From Octopus sinensis (taxonomy: Eukaryota), in contig NC_042997.1 in assembly GCF_006345805.1 (NCBI RefSeq), forward strand, positions 46,996,001 through 47,060,000: DNA of 64,000 nucleotides, written 5' to 3'. Positions within the stretch are counted from its first letter, which is position 1; every line of letters starts with the position of its first letter. A program made the translations under genes and the position numbers. The notes below the pieces were generated by a model. It was given only the letters and a program-made list of their open reading frames with translations. It had not been told where the DNA came from and searched no databases. Positions 50,656-64,000 of the stretch are shown here, one piece after another.

Positions 50656-51447
50656 AAAATATGCTCAATCAGAGCTTAGCATCACTGAGATCAAAAACCA
50701 ATATGTCCTTGCTCCACCTGTTCAAAAATAGCAGCAGTTCACTCTCAAATAATATTGCTTACCGTCTTCAGAGTAGAGACACAGTTGACGATACAATCAT
50801 AGATGTGAAATAACGGAGAGTTACTGGAATACGTTTCCGTCATAGAAAAGTTCGCTGCTGGAATACGTTTACGTCATAGGTTTACTTTGTCTTTATCTAA
50901 CCGAGGGTTAAATAGCAAAACTAACACAGACACGAACAAAATAAAAAAGAACAATAAGCACCAATAATAAGTAAATACACGTTCTCTATTGTATTCAATC
51001 AGCCATTTTACTTGTACTGACTCGTCAACAGGACGCATTTGATCGACTTTTTAACGTATAAAATACGGAGTAGATGATGTCCGCTAAATGGAGACATAAA
51101 ATAGAATAGATAGCATGAATGAACAAAGCATGAGCTTTTTCATGTTAGTGCAAATGTTCTGTCTGTCTAACGTCTGCATCTATTCAGTCCTTGCGCATTA
51201 ATGGTATGAGATTCTAGTGAATGATTATAATTGATTTAAAAAATGTAATGGCCAAAAGTTAAGATCGTAAAGTTTGTAATTAATAATTTTAATTATTGTA
51301 ATATTTTTTGGTATTTTAGCAAATGTATTTTGCAATTTTATTAAACATTATTAAATTTCACAAACTGAATATATTTCATGAATTTACATTCAGTAGTATG
51401 TGTGAGTGAATGCATGTATGTGTTCGTATGCGTGTGTATATATACGA

Positions 51448-51496
<49 letters not shown>

Positions 51497-51631
51497 TATG
51501 TGTGTATGCATGTATGTATATATACATACCTTGGAACTTAAAATTTATACGCACAAAGAAACATCCTCTGCATAGAATACACCCAGCCGCCCACACACAT
51601 AACCAGCTCTTTACGTACATATATGTGCGTT

Positions 51632-51707
<76 letters not shown>

Positions 51708-52186
51708 GTGAGAGAGAGAGAGAAAGAAATAAAGAAAGAAAGAGAGAAAGAAAGAAAACAGGAAAGAGAGAGACGGAGAGAGGTATATAGTCGAAAGAGT
51801 GGCGGAACTAGAGTGAAACTGATATATGTATAGAATACAAATGGAATGAACAGGTTTTAATCACAAACCGCAACAATGGTTTCTGTGCATTGGTAATTGT
51901 GAGTTTTTGAGTTTTCTATATCATACTCTTATGTAAATGTTATATAAATAAATATGATCTAATGGTAGCTGTGTACACGCACGTCATCAGGTGAATGTCT
52001 TTGAGAGCACTGCTGGATCGAGTCCAGTTTCCTATTGTTTTATACGCATATGCGATGTTTAGCATTCCCTCGATAAAGAGTAACACACAGATTCAAATGG
52101 ATATGTCGTAATGAGAGGAAAAAACTAAATATATATATATATATCACAAAATAATAGATCAAAATAAACATTGGAAACGAAAATCA

Positions 52187-52247
<61 letters not shown>

Positions 52248-52362
52248 GTATTTAGGAATGGTCATTTTGCCAGTTTAACCAATAAAAACACACGCACTAT
52301 ATATATAAATTAACCAAACCTAAAATTCGTAAACATATTTCCGCTTTTGAAAATATCCCTTT

Positions 52363-52750
52363 GGAGTGGCTGTGTGGTAAGTAGCTTGTCTACCAACCAC
52401 ATGGTTCCGGGTTCAGTCCCACTGCCTGGCACCTTGGGCAGGTGTCTTCTACTATAGCCTCGGGCCGACCAAAGCCTTGTGAGTGGATTTGGTAGACGGA
52501 AACTGAAAGAAGCCCGTCGTATATATGTATATATATATATATATATGCGTGTGTTTGCTTGTGTGTGTGTTTGTCCCCTAGCATTACTTGACAACCGATG
52601 CTGGTGTGTTTATGTCCCCGTTACTTAGCGGTTCAGCAAAAGAGACCGATAGAATAAGTACTGGGATTACAAAAGAATAAGTCCCGATTAAATGCGGTAC
52701 TCCAGCATGGCCGCAGTCAAATGACTGAAACAAGTAAAAGAGTAAAAGAG
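52363..52750 (+). mobile_element. Full-length tRNA-headed SINE (family of 27513-27925)
   Basis: gtggctgtgtggtaagtagcttg...ccgggttcagtccc...gcggtactccagcatggccgcagtcaaatgactgaaacaagtaaaagagtaaaag. Confidence 0.88.
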
Positions 52751-52955
52751 TATACCCATCTACATACGCACATACATACATGATACAACTACAAGATCAT
52801 AGATACATGCAAATTATAACACTTATCACATAATCCACACAATTCAGATACACAACAATACAATTTCGCTTTTGTAAGTAATCACTGAATTTTAAGTATA
52901 TCTGAGTAAATACAAGATTGATATCTTATTGAATATTATATACCATTTCTAAATT

Positions 52956-53335
52956 GGAGGCGCAATGGCCCAGTGGTTAGGGCAGCGGACTCGCGGTCGG
53001 AGGATCGCAGTTTCGATTCCCAGACCGGGCATTGTGAGTGTTTATTGAGCGTAAACACCTAAAGCTCCACGAAGCTCCGACAGGGGATGGTGGTGAACCC
53101 TGCTGTACTCTTTCACCACAACTTTCTCTCGCTCTTTCTTCCTGTTTCTTTTGTACCTGTATTTCAAAGGGCCAGCCTTGTCACAATTTGTGTCACGCTG
53201 AATCTCCTCGAGAACTACGTTAAGGGTACACGTGTCTGTGGAGTGCTCAGCCACTTGCACGTTAATATCACGAGCAAGCTGTTCCGTTGATCGTATCAGG
53301 TGGGACCCTTATCGTCGCAACCGACGGAGTGCTCC
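52956..53335 (+). mobile_element. Full-length tRNA-derived SINE with 11-bp target-site duplication
   Basis: A box tggcccagtgg and B box gtttcgattcc. TSD atttctaaatt at 52945-52955 and 53344-53354. Confidence 0.9.
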
Positions 53336-54127
53336 TATATATTATTTCTAAATTCCAAAATGAGCTTTTAAACTCATGGTTACATGATAAAATAATCTCC
53401 TAGCGTTTGTTTATTATTTTATCTGTACATAATATTATTTCAAGTGTTCCTTCTGGGCTGAGTTTACCTGGCCTGCTGCTTTTGAGTATAGTCACATGAT
53501 GTTGCATTTCGTAGTATCGACAAATTAGTGCTGAGATGTATTTCTGTCCATTTGACGTCCTAGACGTGATCTGCGAGTGACGTGTGTTGTGTCTTGCATA
53601 TCATGAGGAAATGTTTCAGTATGGTTTCTCCAGCGGTCCTTGAAGATGTTCCTTGTTATACCTATATATGCATATGTATGTGCACTTGCTTTACAGTACA
53701 TTTATATATATATATAATGATTCTACGTTTTAGTCATCCTCCAAAGGACATGCATTCTTATGTCTACAGTTCCATCTTCTATATTATTGTTTGTAAGCAG
53801 GTCTCCTCTTGTATTCGATTTTATATCTTTCTTCTTATTCTGATTATTATTTCTATTACTTTTATTTCCGTTATTTTCAGTGCCGTTATTCACCGTGCTA
53901 TTATTATTAATATTTACCCATTAAGGCAGCGAGCAGGCAGAATCATGAGCACGCCGGACGCACGCTTAGAGGAGTTCTGTTCGTTTTTACGTTATGAGAT
54001 AAAATTTCACCTTCCAACCTTTTGGTCTCAATAAAATAACCACCAGGCGAGTACTGGGGTTGATGTAATCAACTGCCTCTTCCCCCAACTTTGCTGGCCT
54101 TAATTTACAATCTTAAGTAGTATTTGC

Positions 54128-54345
54128 TTTAAGGTGGCGAGATGGCAGAATCGTTAGCATGCTGCGAAAATTGCTTACTGGCATTTCACCTGTCTTTAGG
54201 TTCTGCCTTCAAATTTCACAAAGGTTGACTTTATTTTTCAGCTTTTCGGGTCGATAAATTAAGTACCAGTTGCATTCTGGGGTCGAACTAATCGACTGAC
54301 CCGGTCCCCCAAAATTTCATTCCATGTTCTTATAGTAGAAAGGAT
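54128..54345 (+). mobile_element. SINE (family of 26350-26581)
   Basis: aaggtggcgagatggcagaatcgttagc...gggtcgataaattaagtaccag. Confidence 0.75.
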
Positions 54346-54704
54346 CATTAATTTTATCCTGTTCCAGTTGCTACTCCTATTATTTATGCTAATATTAATA
54401 TTTGTACTCATATCAGAATCATCCAGACACTTATGGTTTCGTTCCCCAGCATTATTGTCTTCCCTGTACCTTGGACATACGTTATTCCAGACGATATTTT
54501 TAATTTTGTATAATTTAGTTTATGAATATGGTATTCGAGATTATTTGATATAGCATATCACAATTCCACCATAAGTTTTATAATATCTACTATATTCAGG
54601 GAAATGTCTGTCTAATGCAGAGCAAAATTCTCTAGCAATTTTAGAAGCTATACGCAATCGAATACTGAATTAAACCTTAAAACGCTACCTTGTTTGATTA
54701 ATTA

Positions 54705-54960
54705 CTAGGTCACTTCCATCCACAGCTCTCATCGTCCTTCGTCTCCTCCCTACTATCCTTGAACCTCTTGTGATTACGAAAAAATTACGCCATAGGCAAT
54801 CTGAAGCATTTCATAAGTTTGTGCGTGGTGAGCTTCCAAACGTTCCGACTGCATTCTACAAATTAAACAGCTATGACACGCGATGTTTAACATGGTGAGT
54901 TCAAAGTGCTGTTACAGACGTCTTCTTCAATCTGGAATAACATAAGCCGGCAGGTCAGCT
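54705..54960 (-). mobile_element. Mariner 5' fragment
   Basis: QTYEMLQIAYG...HKRFKDSREETKDDESCG, matching a mariner N-terminal HTH region. Confidence 0.6.
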
Positions 54961-55079
54961 TATTAGGTACATAGCAATGATATACTAAAATTACAATAAT
55001 CTACAACAGTTATTAACTGCCTCTCCTAAAATGTCTTAAAACCTCTGGAATACACAACATGTATTTCTGTTCATCCGCC

Positions 55080-55110
<31 letters not shown>

Positions 55111-55295
55111 GCGTATGTATTTATATATATATGTACATACATAAATATATGTATATGTGTATATATGTATGTATGTATGTACATATATAGTGTATATAGA
55201 TATATGTATACATATATATGAATATTTGTATGCATATATATGTGTTGTATTATATAAAGAAAAACACAGAGACGCGGGGAGACATATATATATAT

Positions 55296-55333
<38 letters not shown>

Positions 55334-56163
55334 AACACATGCAATTACTGAAGCACACATCAATGTACAAAAACATATATGTTTACATAACATACATACA
55401 TACACACAGACATAGACACACATCTAAGGGTGTACATGTGCGCGGGTTACATATTCATACATACAAACATTTGTGCAAGCGCGGTCTGTTTAAGTTTCCT
55501 CATAACTAGTATATTTTGATTAACATACTGAAAACACTTATATATTTTCAAGAACTATTTGCATACATAAAACCAATTTAGAACATCAATTTAATATAAA
55601 GTATTATATTTTATCTACATCTATCTTTATTATAATATATTTAAAGCAACTAAAAAATAACTGCATTAGTCTTTGTTCTTGTATACTAATATTTGTCTTG
55701 AAATTTGCTTGTTCTTCTAAAGATATACTTTTTTAATGGAAACGAATTTTTTATGGATAATTTCGAAAAATCTTTTATGCATGTATATATGTGCGTGTGT
55801 CTTTGTGTTTGTCTGTACATGTTTGTATATAGACATGCATAGATACACACAAACACACACACACACATTTGTATGTGCGCGTATTTATGTGTGTGAGTTT
55901 TGACGTCACATGAATTTATAAACTTCGAGAAGGTGAAAAACTTTATTACAATAGTGAATCTCGAAGGATATAAAGCTATAAATAATCTGCAAATATTGGG
56001 TTGACAAAAGAGCTGAGGTTTCGAGCCACGCGGCCACCTTTTAAATACAGTATTTACACGCTGTTATGTATAGCTGTATCTCCTCCGAGATTTAGAGTTG
56101 CAAAAAAAGAATTGTAGGTGTTATAGACATATACACACATACATGCATGCATATGAAAATATG

Positions 56164-56916
56164 TATTGGGTTGTCCGGAAAGTTCGTGCAAATTTATAGT
56201 AGCTTACCTTTCGACTTATTTCAGAACATGGTTGAGTCCACAAAATAGGATTTGACTACACCTCCATTTAGAGCACAGTTTAAGCTATCTTTTCGTGGAA
56301 GAAGGTTTATGTTACTATAAGAATTATATGTATTATAGACATATATATACACACACATACATGCATATCGTGCCGATTTATAGTAGCTTACTTTACGACT
56401 TATTTTAGAACATGGTTGAGTCCATAAGATAGGATTTTACTACACCTTCATTTAGAGCACAGTTTAAGCTATCTTTTCGTGGAAGAAGGTTTATGTTCCT
56501 ATAACCTGTGTTAATTCTGTAACCCTTTAAAATAGAAGATAAGAAAGTTCATTTTCGGCACTTGATGCTTTGGGAACCAGACAAAAATTGCTGCAGCTCA
56601 GCTGAGATATGTTACTCCACCCTCCATATTCACCAGATACCGCTCCTTCGGATTTCTACTTATTCAGGTCTCTGCAGAATAGTCTAAATGCTAAAAATTT
56701 CAATTCATTGGATGACGTAAAAAGATACCTTGATGAATTCTTTGCCATGAAACCACCTCAATTTTGGGAAGAGAATATTTTCAAGTTAAAGCAAAGATGG
56801 AGACTCATTGTGCAACAAAATGGTTCGTATTTGGTTGATTAAAAATGTAATGGCAAGTATGTATTGAGCTTTTTCTTTCCTTTAAAAATCGGCACGAACT
56901 TTCCGGACAACCCAAT
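56164..56916 (+). mobile_element. Internally deleted mariner with both TIRs
   Basis: TIRs attgggttgtccggaaagttcgtgc / gcacgaactttccggacaacccaat in a TA context. Start remnant (ATA)EDKKVHFRHLMLWE is fused at ~56576 to the C-terminus LLHPPYSPDTAPSDFYLFRSLQ. Confidence 0.92.
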
Positions 56917-57431
56917 ATATATTTATATACCTATATATCTATATATATATACATATATATGTGTGCATGTGTGTGTGTATGCGTGTGTGTATATGTCTGC
57001 GTGTGTGTGTGTGATATTTTCGACTAGTGAGCATGTCGAATAGTGTGTTGAAGTGTTTAGTAAAGAACTGGCACAGTTTGGGCTACCTAGTGTCATCCAC
57101 AGTTGGGGTATATTTCCGTTGGAACTACTCCAGGAACTCCGCAGCGTTAGTTGAGATAATAATCGATAAAGTAAACTGATCGTTTTCACTCATCCCCTAA
57201 CTCATCCCCAACTGAAGGACAAATAATAACATGACAGCCTAAACTCAAGATCTTCAAGGAGACACCATTTTACGTAGAAATATACCTGATCTGACCCAGA
57301 CTACAAAATTGATGTAACATAATATGATGCACAGCATCCCACCCATAAAGGAGAGTCGCAGAACGGGTCGAAAAGGTCGTGGTACAAAATAAAGAGTTAT
57401 ACCAATTCCTTCTTGTTTACTTAGTCGATTA

Positions 57432-57457
57432 TGTATGTACGTATATATATATTATAT

Positions 57458-57503
<46 letters not shown>

Positions 57504-57577
57504 ATATATATTATATATATATATATATTATATATATATATAATATATATACATACATATATATACATATATATACA

Positions 57578-57617
<40 letters not shown>

Positions 57618-57642
57618 CATATATATATATATATTATATATA

Positions 57643-57714
<72 letters not shown>
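57432..57714. repeat. ~280-bp (TA)n-rich tract
   Basis: Direct reading. Other long TA tracts lie at ~10467-10540, 17597-17730, 45640-45870 and 63405-63527. Confidence 0.95.
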
Positions 57715-57719
<5 letters not shown>

Positions 57720-57728
57720 GAAGTAAAT

Positions 57729-58008
57729 AAGTAAATGCTATTTGCCAACATAATGTGGCTGTCCTGTAAGGGACGATATTACAGTTGTTTCAGCCCCGAG
57801 AAACACCGTTTCTAGCTGGCTATACGACGTGATATCCGTGTCTTTATATTTTCGAAAAGGAAGTGGAGATTCTGAACTCCCTGTTCGAAAATATTAGGAC
57901 ACAGATATTGTATCGCATAGCCAAATAGAAACGATGTTTCACAAAGCTAAAACAGTAACATCGTCCCATACAGGGCAGCCACATTATGTTGGCAAATAGC
58001 CTTTACTT
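57729..58008. mobile_element. Foldback MITE
   Basis: aagtaaatgctatttgccaacataatgtggctgtcctgtaagggacgat / atcgtcccatacagggcagccacattatgttggcaaatagcctttactt. Confidence 0.85.
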
Positions 58009-58389
58009 TAAAGAACTGTTACTGAATGTCTCTTTTTGATAGATTTAGATATAATGATATTTCTAATTGTAATTTTGAATTTACAACGAATAACCCTACA
58101 CCGCATATGTGGAGTATAGTTAAATGTATTGTAGTATTGAGGTGCTTCTTATTTTATTGGTCTAAATTCCATGACTTTTCTAGCTAAATTACAAATGACA
58201 GTATTTTGGCCCAATTTCATAGGCAAAGACTGCCGCTGACACGGAAATGTCTTGAGCAATTTCAAACAAAACTAATCATTAATATGTCATCAGTAACAAA
58301 ATATTAAACTAATGGGGAACTGGCGTGAATATCAATTAATATTCATAGTCAAGTAAATACTGAAATAATGATCTATTTCTCTATATATG

Positions 58390-58723
<334 letters not shown>

Positions 58724-59582
58724 ATTACTCTACCATTGGTATTTGAGTACTCTTTTTTCCACATTGTTTCACATTTATATATTTACTCCGGTGTATCTAT
58801 ATATATAACGTGCACAAACATAAATGCACATATGCATACACACACATGCACACATACACACCACATACACACACTCATTGGCAAACGCACACGTACACAC
58901 ACGCACAGATGCACATGCATAAACGACAGAGGTGTACATAAGAAACGGAAAGACCAAACCAGATATAAACTTGTAAATCAAGCAGAAAGAAGTTAAATGA
59001 GAAAAATCTTTCGATAAATGTTTGCAGAGTGAGACGGGGAAAACACTATCAATTACAAGTCGCATAACCAGACTAAACAACGACAAATTACAGTGTAAAA
59101 ACGATATGGACGATATTGTTTTACTAATCATCAGACGTCAAATAAACGTTTGAAATGGTTTCGAACCCCTAATGATGTTGCCTCAAATCATTTGGCAGTG
59201 TTAAGTAGCAAAGACTAGATGTCACAAGTAATAATTACTACTGGAATAGAAGTAGACATATGTATTTTACTTTCTGATTTACTTATTCCTGCGGCGGGTA
59301 ATATGTCGACTGAATCAGACAAAATGTATTGTACTATTTTGTTGCTTCTCTTAAGATTCTTGTTTTAAAACTTGCTGTCATTGCTTTGAGACCAATAAAA
59401 TGTACAATGTCACATGTAGTGTCATCAATAATGAAACACATTCCACGACACCTAAAATATTAGTTTTATCTTCCTATGGTCATCTATTTTATTGTATTTT
59501 TAAGTAGTGAGATATAAATTACTTTTAATATAGTAAAATATCCTACATGTATGTATGAAGCAAAACTTCTTATTTTCTTATA

Positions 59583-59870
59583 CAGTTCTATATTAAAGAG
59601 ATGAGGAATTGTGTACACGGGCGTATGGCATAGTGGTAAAGAGCGCGGTCTACTAACCCCAAGATTCCGAGTTCGATTCTAGACTGTGACCTGAATAAAA
59701 ATAATAATAATAATAACAACAACATCGAAAAATGCCTTAGGAATGAGAACCCAGGTCGAAATTTCTCCAAGACACCTGATAAAGGCTGGAGGATAAAGCC
59801 GAAACGCTATATTAACTACAAAGAAGATGAGGACAAATATCCATCAAATGAAAATAATGTAAATGATGTC
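59583..59870 (+). mobile_element. Composite SINE-like element: inverted terminus, tRNA-like head, (AAT)n, then degenerate hammerhead
   Basis: A box TGGCATAGTGG (59626-36) and B box GTTCGATTC (59671-79). HHR-like GACAC-CUGAUAA-A-GGCU...AGCC-GAAA-CG at 59771-59806. Segment 59594-59616 is the reverse complement of the family's 3' end seen at 7274-7296. Confidence 0.75.
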
Positions 59871-61930
59871 CTTATTTTCTTGTTGCACTTTTTGGCGTGT
59901 AACCTTCTATGAACTCAAATACAGAAAACTTATAAAGAGTAGGAAGTCAGCATAACGACGTTACCTGATATGCGATTCACGTACTTACTAATCCTGATAT
60001 ACCATGAATCTTCTGAGTTCGAGAACGAAATATTCATTCCGGTACAAAATATTTACTGGATGCAGAGTAGTGGTCTATTGATATACATATTATTATGGGA
60101 AGATATACATTAAAAACTCGGTTCCAAGAAAGAATTAAAGTTAGAAATGTAATGCACTTTACTTAATAAAATATAGCCTCACGTTTAGTACTCTGCCACT
60201 TGTATCAATGTTCGAGTCTTGTGTTGATCTCCATGTTGTGCTAAATTGAACGTATTATTTAAAAAATTAATTTTGCAGAAAACTGATTTTTCATGCTTGA
60301 AGTGGGAAATCTCTGATCTTTGTTAGCCAGCAAGATGGCAGACACAGATGAGGTCACATCAATGAAGAATAGTCTTTTCAAGCTTGGTTTGCTTTATGCA
60401 TAGTGATTTTTACAAGTAGAGAAAGAGTCGGCAAGAATTTTGGCTTGTGTAGTTTTCGTCATTACAAAACATACTTCACAAAAAAATTATCTGCTTACTA
60501 ATCAAATTCAGACGTCTGTGATTCAAGTTTAATAAACGAGAAACATGAGTAAAGCCGTTAACTTTAAGCTAATAATATCCATGTATTTTCACGTAAGTAC
60601 GAAAATTCGATTTTCTGTGAAATTAATTCTTAATTACTTCGAATTATTTCTCTTTATCTCTCTGAAAATCGCATGTGTGTGTGTGTGTGTGTGTTTTTAA
60701 TTTTAATTTTTTTTTATTTTTCTAAAAAGTACAAGTCTCAGTTCACCGAGACTTAATGACATTTAATACTTCAGTATCTAAAAAACTATTTAAATTCATG
60801 CTATTAACTCACTTGAGTTAGTTTCCTTCACTCACCTTCAAAGTTTTTCAAGCCTTTCTTTAGCTGCAGAATGTGGATAAGATGGGATCTGGTGGTGTAA
60901 GAGAAAATTAAGTAGGAAGTGGAGAAGGAGAATTTATAAGAATACTGAAAAATAATCATAATACAGAACAAGTGGATTTTCATATACATACAACAATACA
61001 TACAATACTATATACATACATGCACGCACGTACACACTCACGCACAAACTCACACACACACACACGCATATACTCACACACGCATACTATATATATATAT
61101 ATATAAATATATGTAGATGCAACACATCTATCTTTATGTATACATTTCTTTGTGTATAAGTATTTACTCATGTGCATATATACATGCATATATTTATCCA
61201 TCCATCCATCCATACACATACATACATACACATACATACACATACATACATACATACATACATACATACATACATACGTACGTACACACATACATGCATA
61301 CATACATACATACATACATACATACATACATACATACATACATAATACATACATACATACATACATACATACGTACGTACATTAATACATGCATACATAT
61401 GTACGTGTAAGCATACATACATATATACAGACATACGTATTTACGTAAGTATGTAGGTACGTATGTATGCATGAGAGTAGAGTGAACTTGCTGACAGACT
61501 GAATCAGAAACAAGAACAGAAGAAAAGTGAGAGTAGAAAAAAAAGAAAGTAGATGAGAGCTGGCGCGGAAGAGGAGGAAACGAACAGTCAAGAAAACAGG
61601 CTGCATATGATTAAGCTAGAAAAACACAGATACAGGAAGATAGCGTGAGAAGAAAAATTACATGTCTGTTTGAGTATATAAATATATATGCTTGTGTGTG
61701 TGTGTGTGTGTGTGTGCACGTGTATGTGTGTGTATGTGAGTGTGTTTGTAAATTCATTTGAATGCAAGAATGTATGTTTGTATATATGTGTATATATATA
61801 TATATGCATACAGATGTATACGCATATATACGTATATAAATATATACTTATATATGTAGACACACACACACAAGCACACGCACATATATATATACATACA
61901 TATATATATGCACACATTATGTATGTATGC

Positions 61931-61969
<39 letters not shown>

Positions 61970-62040
61970 CATATGTATATATGCAAATACGTATCTATAT
62001 ATATATATACTTATATACATATATATATATGTACATATAC

Positions 62041-62085
<45 letters not shown>

Positions 62086-62434
62086 AAGCGAGAAAAAGAG
62101 AGAGTGGAAGTGGGAGATAGAAACATTGATATCTGGAGAAAGAAAGAAGGGTAGGGTGAAAGGGGTTGATATACATGCGCATATAGGAGAGACAGAGAGA
62201 AAGAAAAGCCGACAGCGGATATGGTCATAATTTTATGCACTTAAATGTGTGTATGCGCGCGCGCGTGTGTTTCTAAATGTGAAGGAAAGCGGTTCTGGAT
62301 CCTGTTTACTTGTTTCTGTTGAATTAGACGGCTTTAGATTTCACAGAAACACTGTTTCCGTTATGGATAGGGTATGTCTACAACTGTCAAAATTTACAGC
62401 ATAAATCGTCAACAGTCAGAATACTCATACATAC

Positions 62435-62490
<56 letters not shown>

Positions 62491-62495
62491 TATAT

Positions 62496-63524
<1,029 letters not shown>

Positions 63525-63604
63525 ATATTTAATTTAAATTTATTTAATTTAAATTTATTAAATGAAGAAATAATATTACCAACATTACTAGAAGTAGAAT
63601 AACC

Positions 63605-63790
63605 AACACCAAAAGCACTGCAGATCATGCCCACAGAGAGCGCCACCTGCAACAGCTCCATGATCGCTTCAGACAATCCAGCGTGACAGCACGCGAGACG
63701 ATTGGCACTGGACTTTGTCAAATCAACACAAGACTTTACCTTGGGGCTAGCAAGAATCCTGATCAGCAACAGAGATCTTTTCACCTCCAT
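63605..63790 (+). mobile_element. Possible Tc1-like transposase HTH fragment
   Basis: STADHAHRERHLQQLHDRFRQSSVTARETIG resembles the Tc1 linker TT..QDR.IR..HLRDRF..A..TARE. Confidence 0.45.
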
Positions 63791-64000
63791 TTATACAATA
63801 AAGTTTTGAATTCAATTATCACGGACAGAATTTATGTGAAAGACTGGTAATTACAAGCCACGGCAAAATTACCAGGTATGAGTAAGGAAAATTTAAATAA
63901 GTAGAGAGTAATATAAAGACATTACGGAAGATATATTATAAATAATTAAGATGATTTATGAATATATCAATAGCCAAACATGTTATCATAAAATATACAG

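Noticed and set aside
59618-59691. tRNA-like sequences at SINE heads (also 12405, 34706, 52363, 52956)
   Set aside because: They have A/B boxes but no complete cloverleaf or acceptor stem, and they continue into SINE bodies; not tRNA genes.
60330-60415. aagATGGCAGACACAGATGAG, a possible first coding exon (MADTDE...)
   Set aside because: The donor is weak (GTCACA), an in-frame stop follows after ~22 codons, and there is no homology or supporting exon.

Overview
AT-rich, microsatellite-saturated eukaryotic DNA, intergenic or deep-intronic. The repeat families and the density of (TA)n, (CA)n, (TACA)n and (TATC)n tracts point to a cephalopod, most likely Octopus; this is inferred from recognition and not database-verified. 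I cannot support any host protein-coding gene, rRNA, true tRNA gene or CRISPR array. Nearly all ORFs in the track are translations of microsatellites or decayed transposons. The window holds relics of Tc1/mariner, Tigger/pogo, Buster-type hAT and a Helentron-type non-autonomous element. It also holds foldback MITEs, R4/Dong-, RTE-, Tx1- and CR1/L2-type LINE fragments, several tRNA-headed SINE families and at least four Penelope-like element (PLE) relics. The most striking unannotated signal is a set of about 10 hammerhead-ribozyme (HHR) motifs that I could fold by eye. Several have intact cores and paired stems I-III. They lie in PLE pseudo-LTRs, in small direct- or inverted-repeat units and in one tRNA-headed SINE-like element. 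This suggests a diverse family of PLE-mobilised, ribozyme-bearing non-autonomous elements (retrozyme-like). Coordinates were read by hand and may be off by a few bases.
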